From a virus (Duplodnaviria; Caudoviricetes), in the IMG/VR virus record IMGVR_UViG_2786546475_000043, positions 1,534-65,533 of that record: a stretch of DNA of 64,000 bases. One strand, written 5' to 3'. Numbering within the stretch: position 1 is the stretch's first letter; every line of letters begins with the position of its first letter. The notes under the pieces were generated by a model that searched no databases, had not been told where the DNA came from, and worked only from the letters and a program-made list of their open reading frames with translations. Positions 46,859 through 56,631 of the stretch are shown here, piece after piece. Both the position numbers and the translations under genes were made by a program.

Positions 46859-47134
46859 ATGACGAACTTTCAACTCTCATCCGCCAAACGTAGGGAAATC
46901 CTGCTCAAAGCTCGGCAGGACCTTGAGCACAACTTGTACGATAGGGCGGCCCGAATGGATCTCGACTTGGATTTATTTGATCCCCAGAACCCTGGCCATT
47001 CGTGGAATTACACTGGGGTTGACACCCAGGTGGAACAGGGTTTCACCGAGGACACCATCCGAACCATGGAAAGACTAGGCACTACTCTTCGAAGTATCGT
47101 CGAAAAACTGGAAGGACCCAACAGGGTCATCTAG
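46859..47134 (+). CDS. Small helical protein, possible fibre chaperone
   Basis: LSSAKR..LEHNLY..LDLDLFD; directly after the collagen-like gene. Confidence 0.65.
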   Translation: MTNFQLSSAKRREILLKARQDLEHNLYDRAARMDLDLDLFDPQNPGHSWNYTGVDTQVEQGFTEDTIRTMERLGTTLRSIVEKLEGPNRVI

Positions 47135-47184
47135 ACTTGTAGTGTAAAATGGCCTCCTAGACTTGTTAATTATAGGGGGCAAGG

Positions 47185-47628
47185 ATGGATGGGGACCTCC
47201 AAAAGTATCTCAAGCGCAGCGCTGCTGTTATTGAGGAAACGCTGGCCGAGACCGCTCCAAGCGCCCCTCAGAAGCCCGTTAAGAAGGCTTCTCTGAGTCA
47301 GGCCAAGACGGCCACAAAGTTGCTCACGAAGTGTAAGGACAATATTGCTTGGGTTCTTGGACTTCCAGCCGCTATTTCCGGCGCCTTTGGCTTCCTCTGG
47401 CAAAACTCCAGTGACGAAGCTGCTCTCACTTATCAAGTCACCCAATTAGAAGAGGCCGTAGCAGAGCTAAAAGCCGAGAACGACCTGCTTGGTGGCGGAA
47501 CCAAGAACTTTTCCATTGACATGAGTGGCGCCCCTGGAGGCTCAGCCACTGTCATAATCACTGCTGCCTGCATTGTTATCTTTATCGGCTTTTTGGTCTG
47601 GTACCAGAGCAAACGCAAGCGGGGGTAA
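47185..47628 (+). CDS. Membrane protein (2 TM segments plus a coiled coil)
   Basis: Hydrophobic segments IAWVLGLPAAISGAFGFLW and VIITAACIVIFIGFLVWY. Confidence 0.75.
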   Translation: MDGDLQKYLKRSAAVIEETLAETAPSAPQKPVKKASLSQAKTATKLLTKCKDNIAWVLGLPAAISGAFGFLWQNSSDEAALTYQVTQLEEAVAELKAENDLLGGGTKNFSIDMSGAPGGSATVIITAACIVIFIGFLVWYQSKRKRG

Positions 47629-47631
47629 GCC

Positions 47632-50600
47632 ATGAAAAGGCTCCTCGCTGTCCTACTGACAGCTGCCCTGGTCTTCTCGGGCTGCTCCAGTTCAGAGTCG
47701 ACTGCCCCAACGGGCACCCTGTTCCCCCCGACGACCACTGAGGCTGTTGCTACAACAACTGCTGCGCCGATCACAACCACGGTTGCCCCTGAGGTCTTGG
47801 AAGCGGTACCACTCGCTGACCACGCCATCCCTCAATACGCGATAGCGGATGACGCTTTCTCCTTTGAAAATTTCGGTGGAGGCGAGGCACCAGCCGACCT
47901 AACGGTCAACATGGCTCGTCGCCTGTACGGCGATACACAAGTCTGTTCAGATGTAACGGACAACCAGTGCACCCCTTATCCGGTAATCCTCCAGCTCATT
48001 TCGCAGGCGAACCGATCGATGCGTGGTGGTTTGTGCGAGGGCCTGACCGTACTCAGCCTGCGCCTCGCTGGAGATATCGAAACGCTTGCTGCATTTCAGG
48101 GAACAAACACTGTTGCCCAGCTAATCAAGGAAGACCCTGCGCTTCTCTCTGAGATTGCCTACTGGTATGTGACACAGTTCGCTACCGAGGTCCAGGAAGA
48201 AGCCACCGCCTTCCTACAGAAGTCTCCGACGGAACTGGCTGAAGTGCTGCTCTACGACTTTGCCCAAGCGGAGCAAGGAAAGCCACACACCGGCTTCACA
48301 ATCGGTATTTACAGCGAAATGGGCGGACACGCCGTCACGCCTTACCGGGTTGAACAGATGGCTGGTGGTTACAGGATCTACATATATGACAGCAACTGGC
48401 CCAACACTGAGCGTTGGATCGACGTATCCGAGGATGGCCAGTGGAAGTACGCGCTTGCGGCTACTAATCCTACGGAAAAAACGGAAGCGTGGAGTGGCGG
48501 TACGGGGACGATGGAACTCACCCCGATGCGCTCCAGGTCTGGTCCATTCACCTGCAGCTTCTGTCCTCAGGAGGGGTCTGAAGAATCCGGCACGATGCTC
48601 ACCGTTGCTGCTTCTGGCGACAAGCAGATGGCTATCAAAATTGAAACGGAATCAGGCAACCGTCTCGGCTATTACAACGGCACGTTCGTCAACGAGATCG
48701 AGGGGGCAACCTACCGGTATCTGATTTCAGGTCCATCAACATCTGACCCAGTACTGGTGTTCTTGCCGCCCGGAATCGACGACTTCAGTGCTGATGTTGA
48801 GGAAATTAACGTTCCCACCCCGACGGTTACCCCGGACTCCCCCCAGGACTCCGAAGCTCCGTCAGAGCAGGAACCTGAAAAGGATACCCAAAAATTCTCC
48901 CTGTTGGTCCTCAACGAAGAAAAATCAGTCCAAATTGAGGCTGTCATAGTCGAGGAGACTCCGGAAGAAAATACGCAATCTGAAAATTCCAAAAATATGG
49001 ACGAACAATCTCTGGTTGAATTCAGCCAAGAGTCCATTGAAATCGCTGAAATCGAAGAGGCCACCGTAGCTATCGCTATTGACGCTCTCGAGGTGGAAAT
49101 CGAGCTGGAGGCTGGTCAACAAATTGAGGTGATTTTTGCGCCGGAACCAGACACGGAGCCCGAACCCGAACAACCCGGTATACCAACTCCTGAACCTGAA
49201 CCAGTCAGGGACATGTTGGATATCGCCATTCAAAACGACCAGGGTGAAGTACTGGCCGAGGTAGAAGTTGATATGACCGCCTACCGGATTGAGGAACGGG
49301 TAGAGGAACCGGTTGCGCCAAGCCAACCGGATATGCCTTCGGTCACAATCCCAGATCAACCAGATGAGCCAACAGCCACCCTGCCTCCCGAGCCGGAACC
49401 GGTAATCGTTCCCGTTGTTATCGAACTGGTGTTCGATGCAGAAGCCGGAGAGATTACCCAAGAGGAAGTAGAAGTTGAAGCGTGGGTGGCCTCAGATGCC
49501 GAGTACTTCATGGCCGTTGCCGAAGACCGTCTCGACGAGGTACTGGGCGAGTCCTACGTCGATGAAATCGAAGAAATGTGGGAGACCCCCGAAGCGTTTG
49601 AAGACGAAAGCTTCGACCTAACGGCTGTCATCCTCAGCGTTGATGAGGAGTACTGGGAGGACGAGCAGTGGGAGGCAGAGGACTTTGACGACGAGTGGTT
49701 CGAGGAAGAGTACGAGGAGCAATTCTTCGCCGAGGCCATGGACATCGAAGAGATCTTTGAGGAAGCCGAAAGCTTTATGGAGGAAATCGAGGAAACTCGC
49801 GAAGAGTTCTTCGAAGAGCATGAGGAATTCACCGAAGAAGAATTCTGGGACGACTACGAGGAGGAGTACTACGACGAGGAATTTGCCTTCCAGGAGTACA
49901 ACGCCGAACTAGAAGAGGAAATGATCCTCGAAGATTTCGGCCTAGACGAGTGGAACGACGAACTTATGGGCCCACAGCCCACAGAAGTAGTCGACTGGGA
50001 CCAGGACGATTGGGAAGCCTACGACGAGGAAATGGACGCCATCTGGGAAGAACAGATGGAGGACCCGGAGGCATTCGAGGAATCCCTGCTTGAGGATCTG
50101 GGCGCAGAGGAATGGGATGACGAATGGGGTCCCTCGCCAACGGAGGCTGCAGAGTGGACTGAAGAGGACTGGGACGAGTTCGATCAGGAGTGGGCGGCTG
50201 ATGAGGAGGCCATGATCCTTGAACAGGAGGGTCTAGACGAGTGGCCCGAAGACTGGGGCCCCTCACCCACAGAAACAATCGACTGGACCGAAGAGGATTG
50301 GCAGGAATTCGATGCTGAACAAGAAGCGCTGTGGGAAGCGGAAGAGGAGTCCTGGGAGCTAGATACCGAGGAGGAATGGGACGACTGGCAGGAAGAGTTC
50401 TGGCCCGAGGACGGAGAGTGGTGCGAGGATTGTGAAGAGGGCCCCTGGGACGACCCGGAATGGGATGATTCCACACAGTGGGAAGAGGAAGAAATCCCTG
50501 AGGAGCCATTCGAAGACTGGGAGAACTGGACTGGCGAAGACGAAGAGCAGTGGATCCTTGACGAAGAGGGCTTAGACGAGTGGCCCGAGGACTGGGGTCC

Positions 50601-52833
50601 GTCGCCAAGCGAAACTTGGGACTGGACAGAGGACGAGTGGCAGGAATACGACGAGGAAATGGAAGCCCAGTGGGAAGAGGACTGGGAGGACATGACCGAG
50701 GAGTGGACCGAGGAAGAGTGGGGCAACTGGGACGACTTCATGGGTGGAGAGGAAGAGTGGGACGAGTCCTGGGAAGAAGAAGAGGAGTGGGAAGAGCCCT
50801 GGCTTGAGGAAGAGCTTGAAGAGCTTGAGGAAGAGCTTGAAGAGGAACCCTGGGAGGCAGAGGATTGGACAGGCGAAGATGAGGAGGCCCTCATCCTGGA
50901 GGACATGGGTCTTGAAGAATGGCCCGAGGATTGGGGCCCTTCGCCGAGTGAAAGTTGGGATTGGACCGAAGACGACTGGGACGCATGGGATGAGGAGCAA
51001 GAGTGGGATACTTGGGATGACGAATGGTTAGACGAGGAGGAAGAATGGCTCGACCCCAGTGACGAAGACTCAGAATCCGACAGCTCTTTACTTGAAGAAG
51101 AAGAAGTGGATGAGGAGCAAGTGGATGAAGAGGAGATGCCTGATGAAGAGGTAGACGACTGGGAAGAGCCTTGGCTTGAAGATGAGTGGGGGGACGAGAA
51201 CTGGAGTGGGGAAGATGAGGAACAGTGGATTCTGGATCAGGAAGGTCTAGACGAATGGCCGGAAGACTGGGGTCCGTCACCCAGCGAGTCGTGGGACTGG
51301 ACTGAAGATGAGTGGCAAATCTTCGACGAAGAACAGCAGGCACTCTGGGAAGAAGAAGAACACGACGAGGGCAGCGAAGAGGTACCTGAAGAAAGCCCGG
51401 AAGAAGAAAATATAGAAGAGACGCCTCCCACAACGACGGTGGCCCCTCCCACTACGACAGTCCCAGAGCCTGAACCAGAAGAAGAAGTCTGGGATCCCTA
51501 TGCGGATTGCAGGGGTACCTCAGCTTGTGACAGTGCCCCTGGGGGGTATGACTCCTGGGAGGATTACGACCAGTCCAATGATCCTGGTTATTACGACGAT
51601 TGGGGCGAAACTCCCCCGGGGTATGCAACCTGGGAAGACTTCACTATCGAAGTCGAAGCGGGAATAGTTCCCCCTGAAGACGCTGAGGAGTTCCTCCCCG
51701 AAGATGTCCAGGAGGAGTACATCCCGCCCCCACCGCCAGTTTATGTTCCGACCTTTAGCTATACATCCATCTCTTCGTCCGTGTCCGAAACCCTGTCGAC
51801 CTCTGTTTCCACAGCCCAGACTGGCGTAGTCAGTTCCTCAGAAGTTACTGCTGCGAACGTCACCGGCACCGAGGTCACCGGCACGAACGTGACGGGCACC
51901 AACGTCACCACCGCTGATTCGGGAATCCTGACCCACAATAGCAACGACGGTCATTGGCATTTAGATACAACGACGGTCACAACTACGGAAACTACGACGG
52001 CTACGACTACGGCGACTACGACCGCTACCACGACTGCTACGACTGTCACAACCACCTACGTCGACTCGACAACCGTGGTGGCCCGGGAGGGAATAAGCAC
52101 GACGTTCTGTACATTCGTTGACGGCCAAGTATCCAGTTGCGATGTACAGGTGGAGTGGGCTGACTCCACAGCTGCTACTACCGCTGGTGACGCTTACACG
52201 GGGATCGCTGTATCGACTGCTACTGCAGATGTCGTAACGAGCGCTACAGCGGATGTTGTAACAACTGCAACTGCAACGGCGACCGTAGGCACCGAGGAAG
52301 GCTGCGCTGAGGGTGGCTTCCGAGGCTTGGGGGACTGGTGCATCGTCCAGTCAAGTCAAAGATCCGACTACGACCATATTCAGTTTTCTTTGGACGAGGT
52401 AACCAGTGTCCGTATCGACGCTGAAACAAATCTAACTCGTGCCCAGTTCAATACAAATAATGAGGCTGCCGACCCCTACATCTATCTACACCACGACACT
52501 CACGCTGCTGAGGGAGACCACTCAGGGGATACAACGGCAATAGGGGTTGGTCAACTTATTGAAGGTGACGATGACGGTGGGAACGACTGTGGGAACACTT
52601 GTGTTAACCCGCCGAGCAGTGCCGTGGATGTGGATGAAACTCCCACTATCACCTACTGCAACACCGGAGGCGCTTGCTCCAATGGTGTTCCAGTGATCGA
52701 CAACGTGAGCGATCAGTGGGACAGCCGCATCGTCCGCACGAACATGGATGCGGGCGACTATGTGGTGCGTGCTTCCGTGTACAACGGGAACAACGATGGG
52801 TGGTATCGACTAACAATTGAGGAGGATGACTAA
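47632..52833 (+). CDS. Giant acidic lipoprotein: papain-like domain, Trp/Glu/Asp repeats, Thr-rich stalk, PPC-like C-terminus
   Basis: Signal peptide with lipobox FSG-C18; GLC135EG, GH233AV, YD253SN; six G(L/A)xEW..GPxP repeats. Confidence 0.8.
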   Translation: MKRLLAVLLTAALVFSGCSSSESTAPTGTLFPPTTTEAVATTTAAPITTTVAPEVLEAVPLADHAIPQYAIADDAFSFENFGGGEAPADLTVNMARRLYGDTQVCSDVTDNQCTPYPVILQLISQANRSMRGGLCEGLTVLSLRLAGDIETLAAFQGTNTVAQLIKEDPALLSEIAYWYVTQFATEVQEEATAFLQKSPTELAEVLLYDFAQAEQGKPHTGFTIGIYSEMGGHAVTPYRVEQMAGGYRIYIYDSNWPNTERWIDVSEDGQWKYALAATNPTEKTEAWSGGTGTMELTPMRSRSGPFTCSFCPQEGSEESGTMLTVAASGDKQMAIKIETESGNRLGYYNGTFVNEIEGATYRYLISGPSTSDPVLVFLPPGIDDFSADVEEINVPTPTVTPDSPQDSEAPSEQEPEKDTQKFSLLVLNEEKSVQIEAVIVEETPEENTQSENSKNMDEQSLVEFSQESIEIAEIEEATVAIAIDALEVEIELEAGQQIEVIFAPEPDTEPEPEQPGIPTPEPEPVRDMLDIAIQNDQGEVLAEVEVDMTAYRIEERVEEPVAPSQPDMPSVTIPDQPDEPTATLPPEPEPVIVPVVIELVFDAEAGEITQEEVEVEAWVASDAEYFMAVAEDRLDEVLGESYVDEIEEMWETPEAFEDESFDLTAVILSVDEEYWEDEQWEAEDFDDEWFEEEYEEQFFAEAMDIEEIFEEAESFMEEIEETREEFFEEHEEFTEEEFWDDYEEEYYDEEFAFQEYNAELEEEMILEDFGLDEWNDELMGPQPTEVVDWDQDDWEAYDEEMDAIWEEQMEDPEAFEESLLEDLGAEEWDDEWGPSPTEAAEWTEEDWDEFDQEWAADEEAMILEQEGLDEWPEDWGPSPTETIDWTEEDWQEFDAEQEALWEAEEESWELDTEEEWDDWQEEFWPEDGEWCEDCEEGPWDDPEWDDSTQWEEEEIPEEPFEDWENWTGEDEEQWILDEEGLDEWPEDWGPSPSETWDWTEDEWQEYDEEMEAQWEEDWEDMTEEWTEEEWGNWDDFMGGEEEWDESWEEEEEWEEPWLEEELEELEEELEEEPWEAEDWTGEDEEALILEDMGLEEWPEDWGPSPSESWDWTEDDWDAWDEEQEWDTWDDEWLDEEEEWLDPSDEDSESDSSLLEEEEVDEEQVDEEEMPDEEVDDWEEPWLEDEWGDENWSGEDEEQWILDQEGLDEWPEDWGPSPSESWDWTEDEWQIFDEEQQALWEEEEHDEGSEEVPEESPEEENIEETPPTTTVAPPTTTVPEPEPEEEVWDPYADCRGTSACDSAPGGYDSWEDYDQSNDPGYYDDWGETPPGYATWEDFTIEVEAGIVPPEDAEEFLPEDVQEEYIPPPPPVYVPTFSYTSISSSVSETLSTSVSTAQTGVVSSSEVTAANVTGTEVTGTNVTGTNVTTADSGILTHNSNDGHWHLDTTTVTTTETTTATTTATTTATTTATTVTTTYVDSTTVVAREGISTTFCTFVDGQVSSCDVQVEWADSTAATTAGDAYTGIAVSTATADVVTSATADVVTTATATATVGTEEGCAEGGFRGLGDWCIVQSSQRSDYDHIQFSLDEVTSVRIDAETNLTRAQFNTNNEAADPYIYLHHDTHAAEGDHSGDTTAIGVGQLIEGDDDGGNDCGNTCVNPPSSAVDVDETPTITYCNTGGACSNGVPVIDNVSDQWDSRIVRTNMDAGDYVVRASVYNGNNDGWYRLTIEEDD
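49921..51360 (+). repeat. Six dispersed acidic repeats, consensus EGLDEWPEDWGPSPSE.WDWTEDEW
   Basis: Copies near 49939, 50101, 50230, 50569, 50908 and 51244. Confidence 0.9.
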
Positions 52834-52925
52834 TGGGTATCGGGGAGTCATTTATTTATGGCCTAACAGCGCTCATGGGGCTGTTTTGCGTCTATTTGTA
52901 TATTCAGCTCAAAAAGGACCTGTAG
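52833..52925 (+). CDS. 30-aa single-TM peptide; missing from the ORF track
   Basis: TAATG coupling, GAGGAGG SD; MGIGESFIYGLTALMGLFCVYLYIQLKKDL*. Confidence 0.55.
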   Translation: MGIGESFIYGLTALMGLFCVYLYIQLKKDL

Positions 52926-52988
52926 AGCATCGGGTACAATGAGTAATGTCCGAATTGTTCTCATTGGGCAGTTTTCTAAGGAGCATGT

Positions 52989-53774
52989 ATGGCCACCTCA
53001 CGCCCGTATACGGGGTTTGACGGAAACGCCACCAGCAGACGCGCAGGAACAGAACGGCTCATGCTGGAGCTGAATAAATTGACAGACAACGGAATGTGGC
53101 ATCTCGGTTCTTGGGTTGTCCGCAGTAAGCGTGGAAAGTCATCTCCATCCGTCCATGGGACGGGTCGAGCCATTGATATTTCCTGGAGAGAGATGCGGCC
53201 AGAAAATAAGGGGTCAGGCCTCTATTCTGACGCCCTCAAAGTCTGTGACTTTCTAGTCGAGCACAACGAGCAATTGGGGATTGAAGCCGTTTACGACTAT
53301 TTCCCAAAGCCGTGGGCCCGGGGATGGAAGTGCGATCGTCAAAAGTGGGTTTCCTATGACCACAAGGTCATGTCCTACACGCCGGGCGGAGATTGGCTTC
53401 ATGTAGAAATCAGCCCGGAGCACGCCGATGACGAGAATTGGTACGCCCTGAATATCCCGCGCCTCTGGGGAACACCCGACAAACGAACCGTTGTTAGAAA
53501 ATCCACGATCAAGAAGGGCTCCAAGGGCAAGACGGTTACCTACATGCAGGAACAGCTCAACAGGCATGACCACCAATGTGAACCATGTAGCTGGGAGCTT
53601 AAGGTCGACGGCAAATTTGGACCCATTACTGACGCCGCAGTCAGAGAATTCCAGGGCAACCATAGAGAAGTAGGCCGTGTCGACATTCCGGAACGTTCAG
53701 AGTTGGTAGTTGACGGCATCTGCGGACCCCAAACCTGGTGGGCGCTTGATGATTGGGCGGATGAGGTGCTATAG
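52989..53774 (+). CDS. Endolysin: M15-like peptidase plus peptidoglycan-binding domain
   Basis: SVHGTGRAID..WLHVE; KKGSKGKTV..VDGKFGPITDAAVREFQ..VDGICGPQTW. Confidence 0.88.
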   Translation: MATSRPYTGFDGNATSRRAGTERLMLELNKLTDNGMWHLGSWVVRSKRGKSSPSVHGTGRAIDISWREMRPENKGSGLYSDALKVCDFLVEHNEQLGIEAVYDYFPKPWARGWKCDRQKWVSYDHKVMSYTPGGDWLHVEISPEHADDENWYALNIPRLWGTPDKRTVVRKSTIKKGSKGKTVTYMQEQLNRHDHQCEPCSWELKVDGKFGPITDAAVREFQGNHREVGRVDIPERSELVVDGICGPQTWWALDDWADEVL

Positions 53775-53776
53775 AC

Positions 53777-54253
53777 ATGACCGTAACCGAAACCTACGTT
53801 CGAAAAAACGTTCTGGATCAACCAGTCGAGCATTACCCGGGTTTGCTTCCGCCAGAAATGTGCAATGGGTATCCAGACCCAAGGGTTTTCTACGAAGAGG
53901 ATGTTTGGGGCATTGTCGATCCCGGTGACATTGTCGCGTCGTGGTTCGGTTCAAGCTGCACTCCCCAACAGTTCATAGATTTCGAACTGGCTCAGAGACT
54001 TGAAGTTTCCAGGGAAACGGGTCTGTACGACGACATCCGCGATAACGGCATGCACGCACGACCCCTTGGTGCCAAACGCGCGGACGGCACCATCGACTTC
54101 ATGGATGGTAGTCACCGGATTGTCGTATGCCACGACCTTGGTAGGCCGGTTCCAATGAAATTGTTCAACTGGTTCGACCTTCCAGCACCCTGTTTAACAG
54201 CGTGGTTATCCCACCCTGATATGTGGGTCGAGGGAATAGGTTTCGGCGGATGA
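53777..54253 (+). CDS. ParB/Srx-like N-terminal domain protein
   Basis: LYDDIRDNGM..PL..FMDGSHRI. Confidence 0.6.
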   Translation: MTVTETYVRKNVLDQPVEHYPGLLPPEMCNGYPDPRVFYEEDVWGIVDPGDIVASWFGSSCTPQQFIDFELAQRLEVSRETGLYDDIRDNGMHARPLGAKRADGTIDFMDGSHRIVVCHDLGRPVPMKLFNWFDLPAPCLTAWLSHPDMWVEGIGFGG

Positions 54254-54480
54254 CCGAGATCTTCGTCGCCTTGATCGGCTTCTTTGCCATGACTTCAGTG
54301 GCGTTGATTGAGAAGGTCCGCAGAGACAATAAGCGCGACCACAGTATTGTCGCCATGAAGCTTGACATGATTGCTCAAGGACTAGGTAGATCTATCGACC
54401 AGATCCGTGACGCTACCGAGCGGACAGAGGAACACATAGACAATCATGTCGCTGACCATGCCCGAGGCGCGTTCAAATAG
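54250..54480 (+). CDS. Small membrane protein of the lysis-cassette type
   Basis: N-terminal TM segment, coiled coil, IDNHVADH end; ATGA overlap. Confidence 0.65.
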   Translation: MTEIFVALIGFFAMTSVALIEKVRRDNKRDHSIVAMKLDMIAQGLGRSIDQIRDATERTEEHIDNHVADHARGAFK

Positions 54481-54501
54481 AAAAAGGGAGGGGGGCCCTA
54501 A

Positions 54502-54873
54502 ATGATTAACCGCATCAAGACGGCACAGCCGCAAACACACCTAACAAGCACCTTTCTAGGCTGCTTGACCGCCATGAGTGATGGTGACCTGTCATCCATC
54601 ACAGGTGACCACTGGGTCAATGCGTTGAGGTCGGGTGGAATAACAGCAGCAATTGCCACTGTGGTGGCAGCAGTTGGGCTTCGTGTGAACAACTGGACTC
54701 GAGCAGCGCTATGTGGTGTAGCGACCTTCAGCGTGGAAATGATTGCTCAGTCGCCGACCTATGGCACCTCAAGATCCGACATCTTCCAGACCTCGCTAGT
54801 CGCAGCAGGCATAGCAACCGTCCTGGCCCTGGTGGCAGGCAGGATGTTCGGTAAGTTTCTACCCGCCGAATAG
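54502..54873 (+). CDS. Multi-TM membrane protein (possible holin)
   Basis: Three hydrophobic segments; near the endolysin. Confidence 0.55.
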   Translation: MINRIKTAQPQTHLTSTFLGCLTAMSDGDLSSITGDHWVNALRSGGITAAIATVVAAVGLRVNNWTRAALCGVATFSVEMIAQSPTYGTSRSDIFQTSLVAAGIATVLALVAGRMFGKFLPAE

Positions 54874-54882
54874 CTGCTGAAG

Positions 54883-54888
54883 TAGACT
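54883..54888 (+). promoter_or_regulatory. -10 box TAGACT, leaderless start at 54895
   Basis: 6 nt to ATG. Confidence 0.55.
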
Positions 54889-54894
54889 GGTTAT

Positions 54895-56076
54895 ATGTTA
54901 CATACGGTAACCGACGTTACGTTTGATGACATCATCAACGATTTCGGAACTTACGCCGACCTGCTTCTTGAGCATAAGGTTCTTGGATTCGCGGCACCCC
55001 TGTATTTGGACATACACCAACACGCCGAAATTCTGCAGTTGATGTACACCTATGGAGTGTGTACTTCTTACCCCATAAACAACAGCGTTGGCCTGTGGAC
55101 CAACAACACGGGAGTTAATCATCACCCGTCAACCAGCTTGAAGGACGGAGATGACCCCCTGGAGTTGGCCAAGCGGAACTACCACGCAGACACCGTTGAA
55201 ACCAAACGACCAGAGTCAGTCATCACCATGAGTATGCACACATACTCAAAGGCGGTCTATGGAAATCGCCCGGGTTACGAGGAACTTGCGAAGTGGGAAG
55301 GTGAAACTGTCTATTTCGATATGCAGGACCTGTACCAAAAATGTCCGTTCAAAGATTATCTAGCAACTCTTGACCTTAAGCATCCCCCCCTGCCCGGTAC
55401 GGAAGTAGAAATCCATCCTGCCCTGCGGACTCATCCGATTACTGGCAAAACTTCCCTGTGTCTCTCAAACTCCAATTGCGTGCCGGTGGGATGTGAGTTC
55501 AACACTGTCCCAAGGTATGACGGTCAGGAACGAACCTTTAACGAAAACACCCTAGAGTATGACTATTTCAAAGAAGGCGACCTCCCACAGGAGTTCATCG
55601 AATACATAGCTTGGTTTAAAGGCGAATTAAATAAGGAAGAGAATCGCCACTGGTGGCATTGGGAGGAGGGCAATTTCGTCATCTGGGATAATCGATGCAC
55701 ATTCCACTCATTTAGCGGATACGAGTTTGGGCCCACACGAGTATTCGACAAGGGCATGGTGGGACACGAAGGCGTTTGGTATGGAGAAAAGCCACAAGAG
55801 TTCATAGATGAAGACGCTCAGGCCAGACCCGCCCCGGAAGAGTTCGGTCACGTCTCCTGGGTGGCGATTGATGTGTTGGAGTGGGAGGCCGGGCCCACCA
55901 ACAAAACACACCCGATCGACGACGATCGTCCTGACTACGGTCCAAGAACGGAGCGCGACGTAGCCATCGTAGGGGCGCCTGTCGAATTTGGCGACGGTAC
56001 TAAAATGACCCACACCACCGTGCAGGAGCAAGTCCCATATAAGCGCAGTCCAATCCATGAAACCTATGATGATTGA
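54895..56076 (+). CDS. TauD/TfdA-family dioxygenase
   Basis: NYHADT, HPALRTHPITG, WEEGNFVIWDNRCTFH. Confidence 0.88.
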   Translation: MLHTVTDVTFDDIINDFGTYADLLLEHKVLGFAAPLYLDIHQHAEILQLMYTYGVCTSYPINNSVGLWTNNTGVNHHPSTSLKDGDDPLELAKRNYHADTVETKRPESVITMSMHTYSKAVYGNRPGYEELAKWEGETVYFDMQDLYQKCPFKDYLATLDLKHPPLPGTEVEIHPALRTHPITGKTSLCLSNSNCVPVGCEFNTVPRYDGQERTFNENTLEYDYFKEGDLPQEFIEYIAWFKGELNKEENRHWWHWEEGNFVIWDNRCTFHSFSGYEFGPTRVFDKGMVGHEGVWYGEKPQEFIDEDAQARPAPEEFGHVSWVAIDVLEWEAGPTNKTHPIDDDRPDYGPRTERDVAIVGAPVEFGDGTKMTHTTVQEQVPYKRSPIHETYDD

Positions 56077-56094
56077 TTGCTAAGCTCAAGTCCC

Positions 56095-56631
56095 ATGAGG
56101 ACATTCGAAGAATTCCAGCTATTCGACCCCTCCTTTTGCGCCCACGTCAGAGAAATAGCCGAGCATGAACGTGCACATTCGGCGACCATTGTGGGGGAAA
56201 CGCGCAACGAGTCCAACGAGACCGTTAGAAGGGCCACCCGCTACAAGATTGCCGACCCTGGGATTCTCAATAAGGTGCTCGACGCCTTTGGCGAATGGGA
56301 CAACTGGGACTTCTGCACCTACTGGGGAGAAGAAGCCCTACCCCTCGTGGAGGCCATCCTCTACAAGCCTGGGGACTTCTATAAGCCACACACTGATTGG
56401 AGTCCCACCTACTCCGCACGGAAGCTGTCAATGACCGTACAGCTGTCTGGGACTACGGAATACGAGGGCGGCAACGTCCTGCTACATGACGGTCCAGAGC
56501 CGCACACTGTTTATCGCAAGCAGGGAACCGCCTGCGTGTGGCCTTCGTGGACCCTGCATGAGGTCGAGCCAGTTACTTCTGGGGAGCGTTGGGCTCTGGT
56601 CGCGTGGATGCTGGGACCCGACTTCTATTAA
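56095..56631 (+). CDS. PKHD-type 2OG-Fe(II) hydroxylase
   Basis: FYKPHTD, RKLSMTVQLS..YEGG, WPSWTLHEVEPVTSGERWALVAW. Confidence 0.9.
   Translation: MRTFEEFQLFDPSFCAHVREIAEHERAHSATIVGETRNESNETVRRATRYKIADPGILNKVLDAFGEWDNWDFCTYWGEEALPLVEAILYKPGDFYKPHTDWSPTYSARKLSMTVQLSGTTEYEGGNVLLHDGPEPHTVYRKQGTACVWPSWTLHEVEPVTSGERWALVAWMLGPDFY

Noticed and set aside
49554-51452. Ser-rich minus-strand ORFs (e.g. 50184-50906)
   Set aside because: Antisense shadows of GAA/GAG/GAC-rich codons in the acidic lipoprotein.
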